Below the pieces are notes generated by a model. The model saw only the letters and a list, made by a program, of their open reading frames with translations. It had not been told where the DNA came from and did not search any database. Source: Vulcanimicrobiota bacterium (GTDB taxonomy: Bacteria > Vulcanimicrobiota > Vulcanimicrobiia > Vulcanimicrobiales > Vulcanimicrobiaceae). From it: a DNA stretch of 64,000 nucleotides. Made by a program: the position numbers and the translations under genes. Shown one piece after another: positions 19,643 to 29,688 of this stretch. The stretch's first letter is position 1; every line of letters begins with the position of its first letter. The DNA is taken from assembly GCA_963820825.1 (NCBI GenBank), contig CAWGBN010000006.1:64001-128000 (forward strand). The letters run 5' to 3'.

Positions 19643-21035
19643 CGGCCGTCTCCCGCAGCGCGTTGACGGCTGCAACGAACTGCTCGCCGCGGTCTTCGGC
19701 CGATTCGAACATGTCAAACGAGGCGCAGCCCGGTGAGAGTAAGACCACGCCGCCGGCACCCGCAAACTCCCGAGCGCGTCCGACCGCCTCTTCCATCGAT
19801 CCCGCGTGGGCGACGGCGACGCCGGAGGCGGCACGAGTGATCTCTTGCGCGGCTTCGCCGATCGTCACGAGCGCCCGCGCGCGCTCGCGGATCGCCGCGC
19901 CCATCGCTTCGAAGGTGGTGCCCTTCGCGCGTCCGCCGGCGATGAGGACGACCGGCACCTCGTAGGTATAGAGCGCCGCGACGACCGCCGCCGGATTCGT
20001 CGCCTTGGAATCGTCGACGTAGCGGATGCCGTCGATCTCGGCGACGGTCTTGAGACGGTGCGGCATCGGCTCGAAGCTCTTGATCGACTCACGCAGCGTT
20101 TCGACCGCGCACCCCGTCGCCAGCGCGGCGAGCAGCGCCGCCATTGCGTTGCGCACGTTGTGCTCGCCGGGAAGCGGGATCTCTTCGCGGGCAACGATCG
20201 GAATCGGCCGCGGATCGCCCGCGACCGGCGCATACATCACCAGCCCGTCGCGCAGGTACATCGTCGCGCGATCGGGGCGCTCGAGCGAGAACCAGAGCTG
20301 GCGCGCCTGCGCGCGCGCGTTGCCGTCGCGCCAATCCAGCACCGCAACGCGCGGATCGTCGAGATTGCCGACGAACCAGTCGGTCATCGATTGATTCGCG
20401 CAGATGCGATACTTCGCTTCGGCGTACTCCTCCATCGAATGGTAGCGGTCGAGATGGTCGGGCTCGATGTCGAGCAAGACCGCGACGCGCGGCTTAAACG
20501 CACGAATCGTCTCGAGCTGAAAGGAAGAGACCTCGGCAACGACCCACTCGTCGGCCGCCGCGCCGCGCACTTCCTTGATGAGCGGGTTGCCGATGTTTCC
20601 GCCGACCCGCACCCGCCGGCCGCAGCCGCGCAGCAAGTGTCCGATCAGCGCGGTGGTCGTCGACTTACCCTTCGTTCCGGTGACCGCCACGATCGGCGCC
20701 CCGCAGAGCCGGTAGGCGAGCTCGATCTCGCCGAGCACCGGAACGTCGGCTTCGTGCATGCGGCGCACGACCGGCGAGGTCGGCGGAACGCCGGGCGATA
20801 GCACCGCGCAGCCGAGATCGCGGGCGATCGCGCCAATCGACGCGGGCTCGACGAACTGCGCGCCGTGAGCCCGTGCGAAGGCGATGGGGTCGACGAGTTC
20901 CGCGACGGCCTTCTCGTCGGTCGCGTAGAGCGTCACGTTCTGCTCGCTCAAGATCTCGATACTCGCTAAACCGCTGCGTCCGAGGCCGATGATCAGGATC
21001 TTCTCGCCGGCATCAAATTGAAAAGGTTCGCTCAT
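19635..21035 (-). CDS. murD: UDP-MurNAc-L-Ala--D-glutamate ligase
   Basis: GLGRSG, SPGVP, TGTKGKSTTT, EVSSFQL, DDSKATN, LSPGCASFD. Confidence 0.97.
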   Translation of the reverse strand: MSEPFQFDAGEKILIIGLGRSGLASIEILSEQNVTLYATDEKAVAELVDPIAFARAHGAQFVEPASIGAIARDLGCAVLSPGVPPTSPVVRRMHEADVPVLGEIELAYRLCGAPIVAVTGTKGKSTTTALIGHLLRGCGRRVRVGGNIGNPLIKEVRGAAADEWVVAEVSSFQLETIRAFKPRVAVLLDIEPDHLDRYHSMEEYAEAKYRICANQSMTDWFVGNLDDPRVAVLDWRDGNARAQARQLWFSLERPDRATMYLRDGLVMYAPVAGDPRPIPIVAREEIPLPGEHNVRNAMAALLAALATGCAVETLRESIKSFEPMPHRLKTVAEIDGIRYVDDSKATNPAAVVAALYTYEVPVVLIAGGRAKGTTFEAMGAAIRERARALVTIGEAAQEITRAASGVAVAHAGSMEEAVGRAREFAGAGGVVLLSPGCASFDMFESAEDRGEQFVAAVNALRETAGA

Positions 21036-22003
21036 CGCACGATGGCCCATCCTAACAGCGAAGCGAGCACCGACGCAAGCCAAAAGCGCGAGGTCACCTT
21101 CGTCTCGGGCCATCCGCTGAGTTCGAAGTGATGATGCAGCGGGCTCATTCGCAGTATTCGCCGTCCGCCCGTCGCCTTGAAGTACCCGACTTGCAGGATG
21201 ACCGAGAGCGCTTCGGCGACGAAGACCGCGCCGATTACGACGAGCAGCAGCATCTCTCCGGTGAGTATCGCCGATCCGGCGAGTAAGGCTCCGAGCGCGA
21301 GCGAACCGGTATCGCCCATGAAGATGCGTGCCGGATGCAGGTTGAAGAGCAGAAAGCCGGCGCAGGCACCGATGCCCGCGGCGGCGGCAACGGCCACGCC
21401 CGGCACCGAGGCGCTCGTCGCGACGAGCGCGAGCACGACGAGCGGCGGAATCATCGTCCCGGCCGCGAGTCCGTCGAGACCGTCGGTGAGATTCACCGCA
21501 TGGGTCGTTGCGGTAATGGCGAGAATCCCGAGCAGCAGCCAGAGCCAGTGCGGCGCCACCAGCGCAAAGCTGCCGGCGTGGAAGAGGACGTCGGGCGGGA
21601 AGAGGCTCGGTGAGGCGGCCGCCACCCGCAAGAAGAACGCCGCGGCGAGCGCGGTCGCCAAGAACTTCGTGCGCGCGCGCAGGCCGCGATTCGCGCCGTT
21701 GCGGATCGCGAGCATATCGTCGACCGCGCCGATTCCGGCGCAGAGCGCGACGAGCAAGACGAGTTCGGGTAGTAAAGGAAGACGCACGCTCGCAAGCGCC
21801 ACGAGCAGCACCACGACGAAGACGATGCCGCCCATTGTCGGCGTTCCCGTCTTGGTTTGATGGGTTTCGGGAGCGTCTTCGTAGGCGCGCTGGCGCACCT
21901 CGAGGCGGCCGAGGATCGCGAGCAGCGCCGCGGTCGTGAGTGCGGCGACGAGAAAGCCGGCGAGAACCCAGAGACCGAGCGTCGCCCACGACGGATTGCT
22001 CAC
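21032..22003 (-). CDS. mraY: Phospho-MurNAc-pentapeptide transferase
   Basis: KTGTPTMGG, VNLTDGLDGL, FMGDTGSL, PLHHHFE. Confidence 0.97.
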   Translation of the reverse strand: MSNPSWATLGLWVLAGFLVAALTTAALLAILGRLEVRQRAYEDAPETHQTKTGTPTMGGIVFVVVLLVALASVRLPLLPELVLLVALCAGIGAVDDMLAIRNGANRGLRARTKFLATALAAAFFLRVAAASPSLFPPDVLFHAGSFALVAPHWLWLLLGILAITATTHAVNLTDGLDGLAAGTMIPPLVVLALVATSASVPGVAVAAAAGIGACAGFLLFNLHPARIFMGDTGSLALGALLAGSAILTGEMLLLVVIGAVFVAEALSVILQVGYFKATGGRRILRMSPLHHHFELSGWPETKVTSRFWLASVLASLLGWAIVR

Positions 22004-22713
22004 GACGGCGCCTCGAGCAGCGGATTCGGCCCGCTGGCGCGCCATTTCAGCACCACGATCGGCGTCTGCTCGTCGCTGTTGCCGTGGGGATTGTCGAGCA
22101 GCGTCGCTTCCACGCTTGTCGCGCGGACGCCGGTCGAACACCCCAGCACCTTCGCTCGTCCGAGATCGTTCACATCGACCACCGCGCAAGCGATGCCGGT
22201 CTGCTCTTGGACGAGGCGTGCGAAGCCGGCGGCGTCGCGCGGCGCGAAGACGATCGCACGCTCGTACGGCGGCATCGTCCCGGTGTAACCGTCGAAGGCC
22301 GCAATTGCTTCGCCCATTACCTCGTAGAAGGCGCCGCGCCGGCCGACGATCCGGCCGGCAAGCTGCAGCAGCGTCGCGTAGACGACCTTCCACGTTCCGA
22401 CCCGATCGATGACGAGCTGGACCGACTCCGGCTGACTGATCGTCGCCATCGGATCGGCGCGCCGCGAGAGTGCGAAGGCCAGGCGCGACGGGCGAACGTA
22501 CTCGGCGGCGAGCAGCTCGCCTTGCGCGATCGCAACGGCGGTCTCCGAAACGGTGATGACGTCACCCGGTCGCGCGATGCCGCGCACCGCGCGCGCGATC
22601 GATGCGACGAGATCGTCGCCGGGGCAAACGAGCGGCGTTCGGATGGGGATCGCGGTCAGCCCGGCCGGCACCTCCGGGCGGGTTACGAGCAGACCGCGCG
22701 TTGCAAGGCTCAC
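22000..22713 (-). CDS. Coenzyme F420-0:gamma-glutamyl ligase (CofE)-like protein
   Basis: PIRTPLVCPGDDL, GDVITVSETAVAIAQG, AFDG, VVDVND, DNP.GN.DEQTP; 4-nt overlaps with both murF and mraY. Confidence 0.8.
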   Translation of the reverse strand: MSLATRGLLVTRPEVPAGLTAIPIRTPLVCPGDDLVASIARAVRGIARPGDVITVSETAVAIAQGELLAAEYVRPSRLAFALSRRADPMATISQPESVQLVIDRVGTWKVVYATLLQLAGRIVGRRGAFYEVMGEAIAAFDGYTGTMPPYERAIVFAPRDAAGFARLVQEQTGIACAVVDVNDLGRAKVLGCSTGVRATSVEATLLDNPHGNSDEQTPIVVLKWRASGPNPLLEAPS

Positions 22714-24086
22714 GTGCGCAACTCTTCGACGATCTCTTCCAATTTGTATCTGCGCGAGCCCTTCAAGAGGACGACGTCGTCGGGTCGAACGTGCTCGCGC
22801 AGCCATCGTGCCGCTTCGGAGTTCGTAGCGATCTGAACGATCTGGCGGTCGGTGAGACCGCCGCGCTGCGCGCCCCGCCGCAGATCGGCGGCATAATCTC
22901 CGCTCACCAGAAGCACGTCGACGCGCGCCGCCGCGTGAGCGCCGACGCGCTCGTGCAGCGCGCGCGACTCCTCGCCGAGCTCGGCCATCGAGGCGAGCAC
23001 CGCAATATGGCGCGCCGCCGTCTCGCCGGCAAAGGCGTCGAGTGCGGCAATCATCCCGTTGGCGTTGGCATTGTACGCATCGTAGATTAGTTGAATACCG
23101 TGCAGCGCGAGACGATCGTAGCGCCCTTGCGGTAGGCGCAGATCCGGGATCAGCGCGATGAGCGGTTCGAGCGGCACCTCGAGCTCGATCGCGCCCGCAA
23201 TCGCGGCCGCGAGATTCGCGCGGTTGTGCACTCCCGGCACCCGCACGTCCAACGCGAGCTCGACGCGCTCGCTGCCGGTACGATGGAGGAGACGCCGGTT
23301 GCCGAGCACGGTATACGCCGATCCCGCCAATGCGTGCTCTTCGATCGGCTCTTCCTCAACGGAGAACCAGTGCGGCGCACGAGCGAGCGTCACGGCGCGA
23401 CGGCGCGACGCTTCGTCGCCCGCGTTGAGCACCGCGCGCGCTCCGCGCGCAAAGAGTCCCCACTTCGTCTCCTCGAGACGCTCGCGCGAACGCATGATCT
23501 CCACGTGCGCGTCGCCGACGTTGGTGAGGATGCCGGCTTCGGGGCGAGCGATCTCGACGAGCGCCGCGACGTCGCCGTAATGGCGGGCGCCCATCTCGAC
23601 GACGAGCACGTCGTGGGCCTCGTTCGACGCGCGTAACAAGAGTTTGCTGACGCCGATCTCGTTGTTCTCGTTCTCGGGCGTGGCCAGGATACGCTCGCCG
23701 AACTTTGCCGCGAGCAACTGCGCGAGGAACGCTTTGGTCGTCGTCTTGCCGGTGCTGCCGGTAACGGCGATGACTCGGCCGCGAAAGCACCCGCGCGCCG
23801 CTCCCGCAAGCGCCATGTAGGCCGCCGTCGTATCGCGCACGAGCATCGTCGCGATACCCGGCACGCGCGCTTCGGGCCGGTCGACGACGAGCATCGAGGC
23901 GCCTCGCCGCACCGCCTCCGCAGCGTAATCGTGACCGTCGAACCGCTCGCCGCGCAACGCGACGAAGGTCTCGCCGGGTCGAATCGTCCGCGTATCGGTG
24001 TTCGCGCGAAGCGTCGCCGGTGCGGTTTGCCCGTCCACGAGCTTCGCCGAGGTTGCCGCGATTGCCGAATCGAGCGGAACGTTCAT
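22710..24086 (-). CDS. murF: UDP-MurNAc-tripeptide--D-Ala-D-Ala ligase
   Basis: DTRT, GERFDGH, TGSTGKTTTK, NNEIG, DAYNAN, MAELG, KGSR. Confidence 0.97.
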   Translation of the reverse strand: MNVPLDSAIAATSAKLVDGQTAPATLRANTDTRTIRPGETFVALRGERFDGHDYAAEAVRRGASMLVVDRPEARVPGIATMLVRDTTAAYMALAGAARGCFRGRVIAVTGSTGKTTTKAFLAQLLAAKFGERILATPENENNEIGVSKLLLRASNEAHDVLVVEMGARHYGDVAALVEIARPEAGILTNVGDAHVEIMRSRERLEETKWGLFARGARAVLNAGDEASRRRAVTLARAPHWFSVEEEPIEEHALAGSAYTVLGNRRLLHRTGSERVELALDVRVPGVHNRANLAAAIAGAIELEVPLEPLIALIPDLRLPQGRYDRLALHGIQLIYDAYNANANGMIAALDAFAGETAARHIAVLASMAELGEESRALHERVGAHAAARVDVLLVSGDYAADLRRGAQRGGLTDRQIVQIATNSEAARWLREHVRPDDVVLLKGSRRYKLEEIVEELRT

Positions 24087-25552
24087 CGCAGCGCCCCGCG
24101 CGCGGCGAGTGCTTCGCGCACGACCGCGCCGTCGTCGAACGGCAAGACGCGATCGCCGACGATTTGATAGGTTTCGTGCCCCTTCCCGGCGACGAGCACC
24201 ACGTCACCGGAACGGGCTTCGGCGATCGCTCGTTCGATCGCACGCCGGCGGTCGAGCTCCACGACATAATCTCGCCTGCCGATTCCGGCGGCGATCGCAT
24301 CGACGATTGCTTGCGGCGCTTCGGAACGCGGATTGTCGCTGGTGAGGTAGATGCGATCGGCGAGCCGCGCCGCGACCGCGCCCATCTCCGGGCGCTTTCC
24401 CCGATCGCGATCTCCGCCGCAGCCGAAGACGACGGCGATCCTGCCGTTCGCCGTCTCGCGCAGCGACTGCAGCGCCGATTCGAGCGCGTCGGGCGTGTGC
24501 GCGTAATCGACGACGACCGCGACGTCGCCGCCGGCGTGCCGCTCCATCCGGCCCGGAACGCGCGCGATCTGCGCGAGCGCCTGCGCGCTCGTGCCGTCGT
24601 CGATCCCGAAGCAGCGCGCGACGCCGATTGCGGCCAACGCGTTCCAAACGTTGAAACGCCCCGCCAGCGGAAGCTCGTACCGCCGTCCGTCGACGACGAA
24701 GCGGCTCGACCCCGCTTCGACGACGATCTCTTTCGGAACGAGGCTCGCATCGCGCTCCATACCGTAGGTGATCACCTCGCGTCCGTCGCGGCGCAGCTCC
24801 CCGGCCCATCGGCGGCCGTGCGGATCGTCGGCGTTGAGCACGCAGCGTTTCGCGAGCTCGAAGAGCCGCCGCTTTGCCGCAGCGTACGCTTCTACCGTTT
24901 CGTGAAAGTCGAGGTGGTCGCGCGCGACGTTGGTCAGGGCCGCCGCGAAGAAGCGCACGTCGTCGATTCGGTCGAGCGCAAGCGCGTGGGAGCTCACCTC
25001 CATCGCGACGGCGGCGGCGCCGGCGTCGCGCATCTCCGCGAGCAATCGGTGGAGTTCGGGCGGGAGCGGCGTCGTGTTCTCGAGATGCCATGTTTGCTCG
25101 GCGAACTCCGCGCCGACCGTCCCGACGACTCCGCACGGCGTTCCCGCAGCGCCCAGAATCGCGGCGATCATGTGCGTCACCGTCGTCTTGCCGTTCGTAC
25201 CGGTGACGCCGACCACCGCGAGATCGTGCGACGGATCGCCGTAAAATGCCGCCGCCAGCGCCGAGAGCGCGCGCCGCGCGTCGCGTACGCGCACGGCCGC
25301 AACCTCGGCCGGAAGGCTTACGTTCGCATCCGCCTCCAGGACCACGGCGCGAGCGCCTCGCGCGATTGCGTCGTCAACGTAGCGACGGCCGTCGGTATGG
25401 CTCCCGCGCAGCGCGACGAAGAGCGCGCCGGGTTCGACCTCGCGCGAGTCGATCGCAATCTGGGTAATCGTAAGGTCGCGCTCGCCGGAGATCTCCGTCC
25501 ACGCGACCCGGCTCAGCAGCGTCGCAAGCGCGACGCTGCGATCACCGCCCAC
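24083..25552 (-). CDS. murE: UDP-MurNAc-dipeptide--meso-diaminopimelate ligase
   Basis: TGTNGKTT, MEVSSH, DHLDFH, DYAHTPD, GCGGDRD, DNPR (mDAP-type motif), GKGHE. Confidence 0.97.
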   Translation of the reverse strand: MGGDRSVALATLLSRVAWTEISGERDLTITQIAIDSREVEPGALFVALRGSHTDGRRYVDDAIARGARAVVLEADANVSLPAEVAAVRVRDARRALSALAAAFYGDPSHDLAVVGVTGTNGKTTVTHMIAAILGAAGTPCGVVGTVGAEFAEQTWHLENTTPLPPELHRLLAEMRDAGAAAVAMEVSSHALALDRIDDVRFFAAALTNVARDHLDFHETVEAYAAAKRRLFELAKRCVLNADDPHGRRWAGELRRDGREVITYGMERDASLVPKEIVVEAGSSRFVVDGRRYELPLAGRFNVWNALAAIGVARCFGIDDGTSAQALAQIARVPGRMERHAGGDVAVVVDYAHTPDALESALQSLRETANGRIAVVFGCGGDRDRGKRPEMGAVAARLADRIYLTSDNPRSEAPQAIVDAIAAGIGRRDYVVELDRRRAIERAIAEARSGDVVLVAGKGHETYQIVGDRVLPFDDGAVVREALAARGALR

Positions 25553-27281
25553 GCCGTGCGACGGAAGCGCTCGGCAAGACTCCGGCGTGCAGCATGGCAT
25601 CGCGGGCGATCTCGGCAAATGCGGGTGCGGCGACGATGCTTCCGTAGTATGCGCCGATCGGCCGTTCCACTTTCACGTAAATGACGTAACGGGCATGCGG
25701 GTAGGGGACCATTCCGATGAACGACGCCGCGTAGTATCCCGCGCGATACTCACCGTCGACCACCATCTGCGCCGTACCGGTCTTTCCCGCCGTCGCATAG
25801 CCTGCAATCCGTGCGCTCGGGTCTCCGGTACCGTGAAGGACGACCGTGCGGAGGAACGAGCGCAGCTCCGCGGCAGTGCGCTGCGAGAATACGCGCCGCA
25901 CTACCTCCGGCGAGTAGCGCCGCACGAGCGCGCCATGCGGATCGTAAACGCCGTGCACGATGCGCGGCTGCATCAGCAGCCCGCCGTTGGCGATTGCGGC
26001 GTAGTAGCGCGTCATCGCCAGCGGCGTGACCGAGACGCCTTGACCGAAGGACATCGTCGCGAGTGACGAGCCGCTCCACTGCGACGGCGGCGGCACGATT
26101 CCCGGATTCTCGCCGGAAAGGCCGACGCCGGTTGGCGTTCCGAATCCCGCCTTGCGCTCCATCGCATAGAGTGTCTTGCCGCCGATCGCAAGACCGACCT
26201 CGGCCGCACCGACGTTGTGCGAAAGCGCGATGATCTGCTCGAGCGTCTCGCTGCCCCCGGCTCCCATGAGACCGTCTTCCGCATTGTGAATCGTCTGACC
26301 GCCTACTTCGATCTCGTTGCGCGCGGGAAAGCGGCTCGCGAGGGTGACTTTGTGCGATTCGAGGGCGGCGGCCGCAGTGATGAGCTTATACGTGGAGCCG
26401 GGTTCGTAGGCATCCATCACCGCGCGATCGCGCCGCTGCGCGTCGTTGAATTTCCAGAAGCGGTTCGGATCGAAATCCGGCATGTTGGCCATCGCGAGGA
26501 TCTCGCCGGTCCACGGATCCATCACGATCGCGGTTCCGTCGAGCGCGTGATACGCGTTCACCTGCTTCGCGAGCGCCCGCTCGGCAACGAACTGAAGGTA
26601 CGGATCGATCGTTAGCTCGACGTCCAATCCAGGCTGCGCCGGCATGATGACGCGCTCTCGGCCGAAGGGTATCGGGCGCCCGAACTCATCGGCTTCGAGC
26701 GTGACTCGTCCCGACTGACCGCGCAGCACGTCATCGTAGGCATATTCGATTCCGTCGAGGCCGTTTTCATCGGTACCGACAAAGCCGATGACGGTCGAGC
26801 CGAGGCGCCCGGCGGTGTCGACGCGTAATCCCGTCTGCTCTTCTTTGAGGTCGATGCCGATCAGGCCGAGACTGCGGACGCGCGCCGCTTCGTCGTGCGG
26901 CACCTTTCGCGCGATCCACGCGAACCAGAGATGCCGGTCGTGCAGCGCGGCGATCGTCGCCGCGTCGAGCCTGCCGAAGATCCGTTCGAGCTTCGTAACC
27001 GTCGCATCGGGATCGACGATCTCGCGCGGCACCGCGTAGACGCTCTCCGACGGGAGCGAACGGACGAGCACGTTTCCGCTGCGATCGAGAATGCCGCCGC
27101 GGCGTGCAAAGACCTCGACGGTATCGGAACGCTGGGCGAGCGCCTCTCTCGCATAGAGCGAACCTTTGAGCGCTTGGACGTCGTAGAGCCGCCACGCGAG
27201 AAAGAGCGCGACGATGAGACATGCATAGAACGAGAGCCGGGCGCGCATCGGAGCGACGCGCGCAAAGGTTCGCTGATGCAT
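25542..27281 (-). CDS. ftsI: Class B PBP FtsI
   Basis: RGGILDRSG, EPGSTYK (SxxK), SHN (SxN), KTGTAQ. Confidence 0.95.
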   Translation of the reverse strand: MHQRTFARVAPMRARLSFYACLIVALFLAWRLYDVQALKGSLYAREALAQRSDTVEVFARRGGILDRSGNVLVRSLPSESVYAVPREIVDPDATVTKLERIFGRLDAATIAALHDRHLWFAWIARKVPHDEAARVRSLGLIGIDLKEEQTGLRVDTAGRLGSTVIGFVGTDENGLDGIEYAYDDVLRGQSGRVTLEADEFGRPIPFGRERVIMPAQPGLDVELTIDPYLQFVAERALAKQVNAYHALDGTAIVMDPWTGEILAMANMPDFDPNRFWKFNDAQRRDRAVMDAYEPGSTYKLITAAAALESHKVTLASRFPARNEIEVGGQTIHNAEDGLMGAGGSETLEQIIALSHNVGAAEVGLAIGGKTLYAMERKAGFGTPTGVGLSGENPGIVPPPSQWSGSSLATMSFGQGVSVTPLAMTRYYAAIANGGLLMQPRIVHGVYDPHGALVRRYSPEVVRRVFSQRTAAELRSFLRTVVLHGTGDPSARIAGYATAGKTGTAQMVVDGEYRAGYYAASFIGMVPYPHARYVIYVKVERPIGAYYGSIVAAPAFAEIARDAMLHAGVLPSASVARRGR

Positions 27282-27311
27282 TCCTTCGACCGCCCTAGCG
27301 ACGGGTTACGC

Positions 27312-27761
27312 TCACTGCGAGCGCGTCACCGCCGGAGCGAAGAATCCGGCCAGCGTCGAGAAGAGTGCAAAACGCGACCGCACGCGAGCGACCCGCGGCG
27401 GCTCGATTCTCACGACCGCAAGGGTCTGCGGTTCGCGCATGCCCAATCGCGCGGCAATCGCCGCGAGCCGGTCGTCGGAACGAAGCGCGGCGATGCGATC
27501 GTCGAGCCGCATCGTCTCTTCCTGCAACGCTTCGCGGTCGGCTCGCGCCGTGGCCACCGCATAGCTCAACCCGGTGAGGCTGGACGTCAGCAGGACGTAG
27601 CTCATCAGCAAGAAGAGCAAGCAGCTCAGGGCGATGAAGACCCGGCCGACGCCCGTATAGCGCGCTCGCGATTTGCGCACCATCCGCCGCTGCGTCGCGG
27701 CCCGCACGGTTCGCGGGTTGCGAATCCGCGACGCGCGCTCGATGAGACGCGGTGCGACCAT
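27312..27761 (-). CDS. ftsL: FtsL-like cell division protein
   Basis: Between rsmH and ftsI; basic N-terminus, single TM, coiled coil, IAARLGM. Confidence 0.75.
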   Translation of the reverse strand: MVAPRLIERASRIRNPRTVRAATQRRMVRKSRARYTGVGRVFIALSCLLFLLMSYVLLTSSLTGLSYAVATARADREALQEETMRLDDRIAALRSDDRLAAIAARLGMREPQTLAVVRIEPPRVARVRSRFALFSTLAGFFAPAVTRSQ

Positions 27762-28634
27762 CAGCTTGCCTTTCGTTGCGCGGCGCGCAGCTTCGCGCTG
27801 CGCGCGCGCCGATTCTCGGCGATCTCCTCGCGGCCTGGGAGAACCGGGCGCTTCGTCAGCACGTCGAGACGCTCGTCGTTGCGGAAGCTCTGCTTGACGA
27901 TTCGGTCTTCGAGCGAATGGAAGCTGATCGCGACGACGCGTCCGGCGCCGCGCAGACGGCCGACGGCTCCGTGCAAACCTTCGCGCAACGCTTCGAGCTC
28001 GTCGTTCACCGCGATGCGCAACGCCTGAAAGACTCGCGTCGCCGGATGAACTCGCTCGCGCCGGCCGCGGCGCTGCACCACGCCCGGCAACGAGCTGGGC
28101 GAACTCCGCGGTCGTACTCGGCAGATTGGCATTCGTCCGGCGGGCGACGATCGCGCGCGCGATGCGCCGCGCGGAGCGCTCTTCGCCATAGTAAAAGAAG
28201 ATATCCGCGAGCTCGCCTTCGCTCGCCGTCGAGAGTATATCGTAGGCGCTGCGTCCCGCGCCGGGATCCATCCGCATGTCGAGCGCAGCCGGTTTTCCGA
28301 GCGAGAAGCCGCGCTCGGGATCGTCAAGTTGCATCGACGAGACTCCCAAATCGAAGAGGACGCCGTCGATCGAGTCGATTGCGAATCGATCGAGGACGTG
28401 AGTGATTTCCCGAAAGTTTGCCTGAGCGAAGACCAACCGCGAGTCGGAGATCGCAGCGGCGCGAGCCGCCGCGTGCGGATCGGCATCGATTGCGATCACG
28501 CGACCACCCTCGAGCCGCTCCAGCATCGAGCGCGTATGTCCGCCCGCCCCGAACGTGGCGTCGACGTAGATCCCGTCGGGGCGTATCGCCAGATACTCCA
28601 TGGCAGCCTCGAGCAGCACCGGAACGTGGCTCAC
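27761..28634 (-). CDS. rsmH: 16S rRNA m4C1402 methyltransferase, apparent frameshift at ~28084
   Basis: [23 protein letters not shown]; second frame [30 protein letters not shown]. Confidence 0.96.
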
Positions 28635-28646
28635 GCCGCCGCCACA

Positions 28647-29087
28647 TCACAGACCAAACTCGGCCATGAAGCTGGGGATCTCGCCCTCGGGGGGCGCCTG
28701 GAAGTCGTACCGCTCCTTCGCCCAAATCTCGATCCGCGTGAGCAGTCCGACCGAGACGACCTGCCGTTCGATGCCCGCATAGGAACGCAGCCGCGCGGGA
28801 ACGACCACCCGTCCCTGCGCGTCGCAACCGACCTCTTCGCTATGCGCGAAGAGATAGCGGATATGGCGGCGGTAGCGCTCGTCCTTGGTGGGAACCGCCT
28901 CGAGCCGGCCGCAGAACTCGACCCACGTGGCGGTCGGGTAGAGCGCCAGGCAGGCATCGGGAGGGGCGATCGTTAGGACAAACTGGGGCCCGAGTCGCTC
29001 GCGGAAGCGCGCCGGCACGATAAGCCGCCCCTTGTGGTCAAGGGCGTGCTGCTCCGAACCGGCAAAGCGCGGCAGTTCCGCGTGCAC
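28647..29087 (-). CDS. mraZ: Transcriptional regulator MraZ
   Basis: LDHKGRLIVP and DAQGRVVVP repeats, IEIW. Confidence 0.95.
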   Translation of the reverse strand: MHAELPRFAGSEQHALDHKGRLIVPARFRERLGPQFVLTIAPPDACLALYPTATWVEFCGRLEAVPTKDERYRRHIRYLFAHSEEVGCDAQGRVVVPARLRSYAGIERQVVSVGLLTRIEIWAKERYDFQAPPEGEIPSFMAEFGL

Positions 29088-29100
29088 AAAGTCCTCCGGA

Positions 29101-29156
29101 AGGCACCACTAAGCACTACTTCCCACCACTATACGCCCCAGCTTTCCTTAAGGCAA
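29101..29156 (-). promoter_or_regulatory. dcw promoter with MraZ-type direct repeats
   Basis: Minus strand TTGCCT-17 nt-TATAGT, then 10-nt periodic AGTGGTGGGA AGTAGTGCTT AGTGGTGCCT. Confidence 0.8.
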
Positions 29157-29319
29157 GGTAAACGGCGCAACCTTTTGGCCGCTTGGCACTCCACGATATT
29201 GACTGCTAGGGCTTGAGAACTTCGCTAATTCGGTTGCAGCATCGACGCGATATCCGACGGTCCGGTCGGATAGGCGAAGAGCGCGCTCTCGAGCGTGGCC
29301 GCCGGAACTCCGGCGCGGA

Positions 29320-29688
29320 TTGCTCTCGACGGCGATCGTCGTCGGATCGACGAAGTGAGCCGCGCCGTGGTACGTCGCGATTTTCGATTCGCGCAACGCC
29401 AACTCGCGTTGCGCCGGAAACGGATCGGGAAAGGAACGTTTGAAGCGCATGAGCTCGTTCCAATCGATGCCGATCGTCCTGCGATCCCGCTGCCGCGCAT
29501 GCGTTGCGACCCGTCGACGAGCTCGGCGGAACCGACGAGAATCTCCTTCGGATTCGCATCCGCGCAGCGGGCAGGTGCCGCCATAAGGCAAGCGATCGAC
29601 GATCGCGACGCCCCGCATTCGCGCGCGTCTGCGCGACGCTCGTGCCGGCAGCACCCGTGCCGATGACGACGACGTCGAAATCGGTCAG
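29320..29688 (-). pseudogene. Truncated pyridine nucleotide-disulfide oxidoreductase (glutathione reductase/Lpd-like)
   Basis: Across three frames: DFDVVVIGTGAAG, VAIVDRLPYGGTCPLRGC, PKEILV, IDWNELMRFKRSF; ends after about 120 codons. Confidence 0.8.

Noticed and set aside
27312..28634. Apparent RsmH-FtsL fusion
   Set aside because: Produced by the rsmH frameshift; the RsmH C-terminus is intact in another frame and FtsL has its own ATG.
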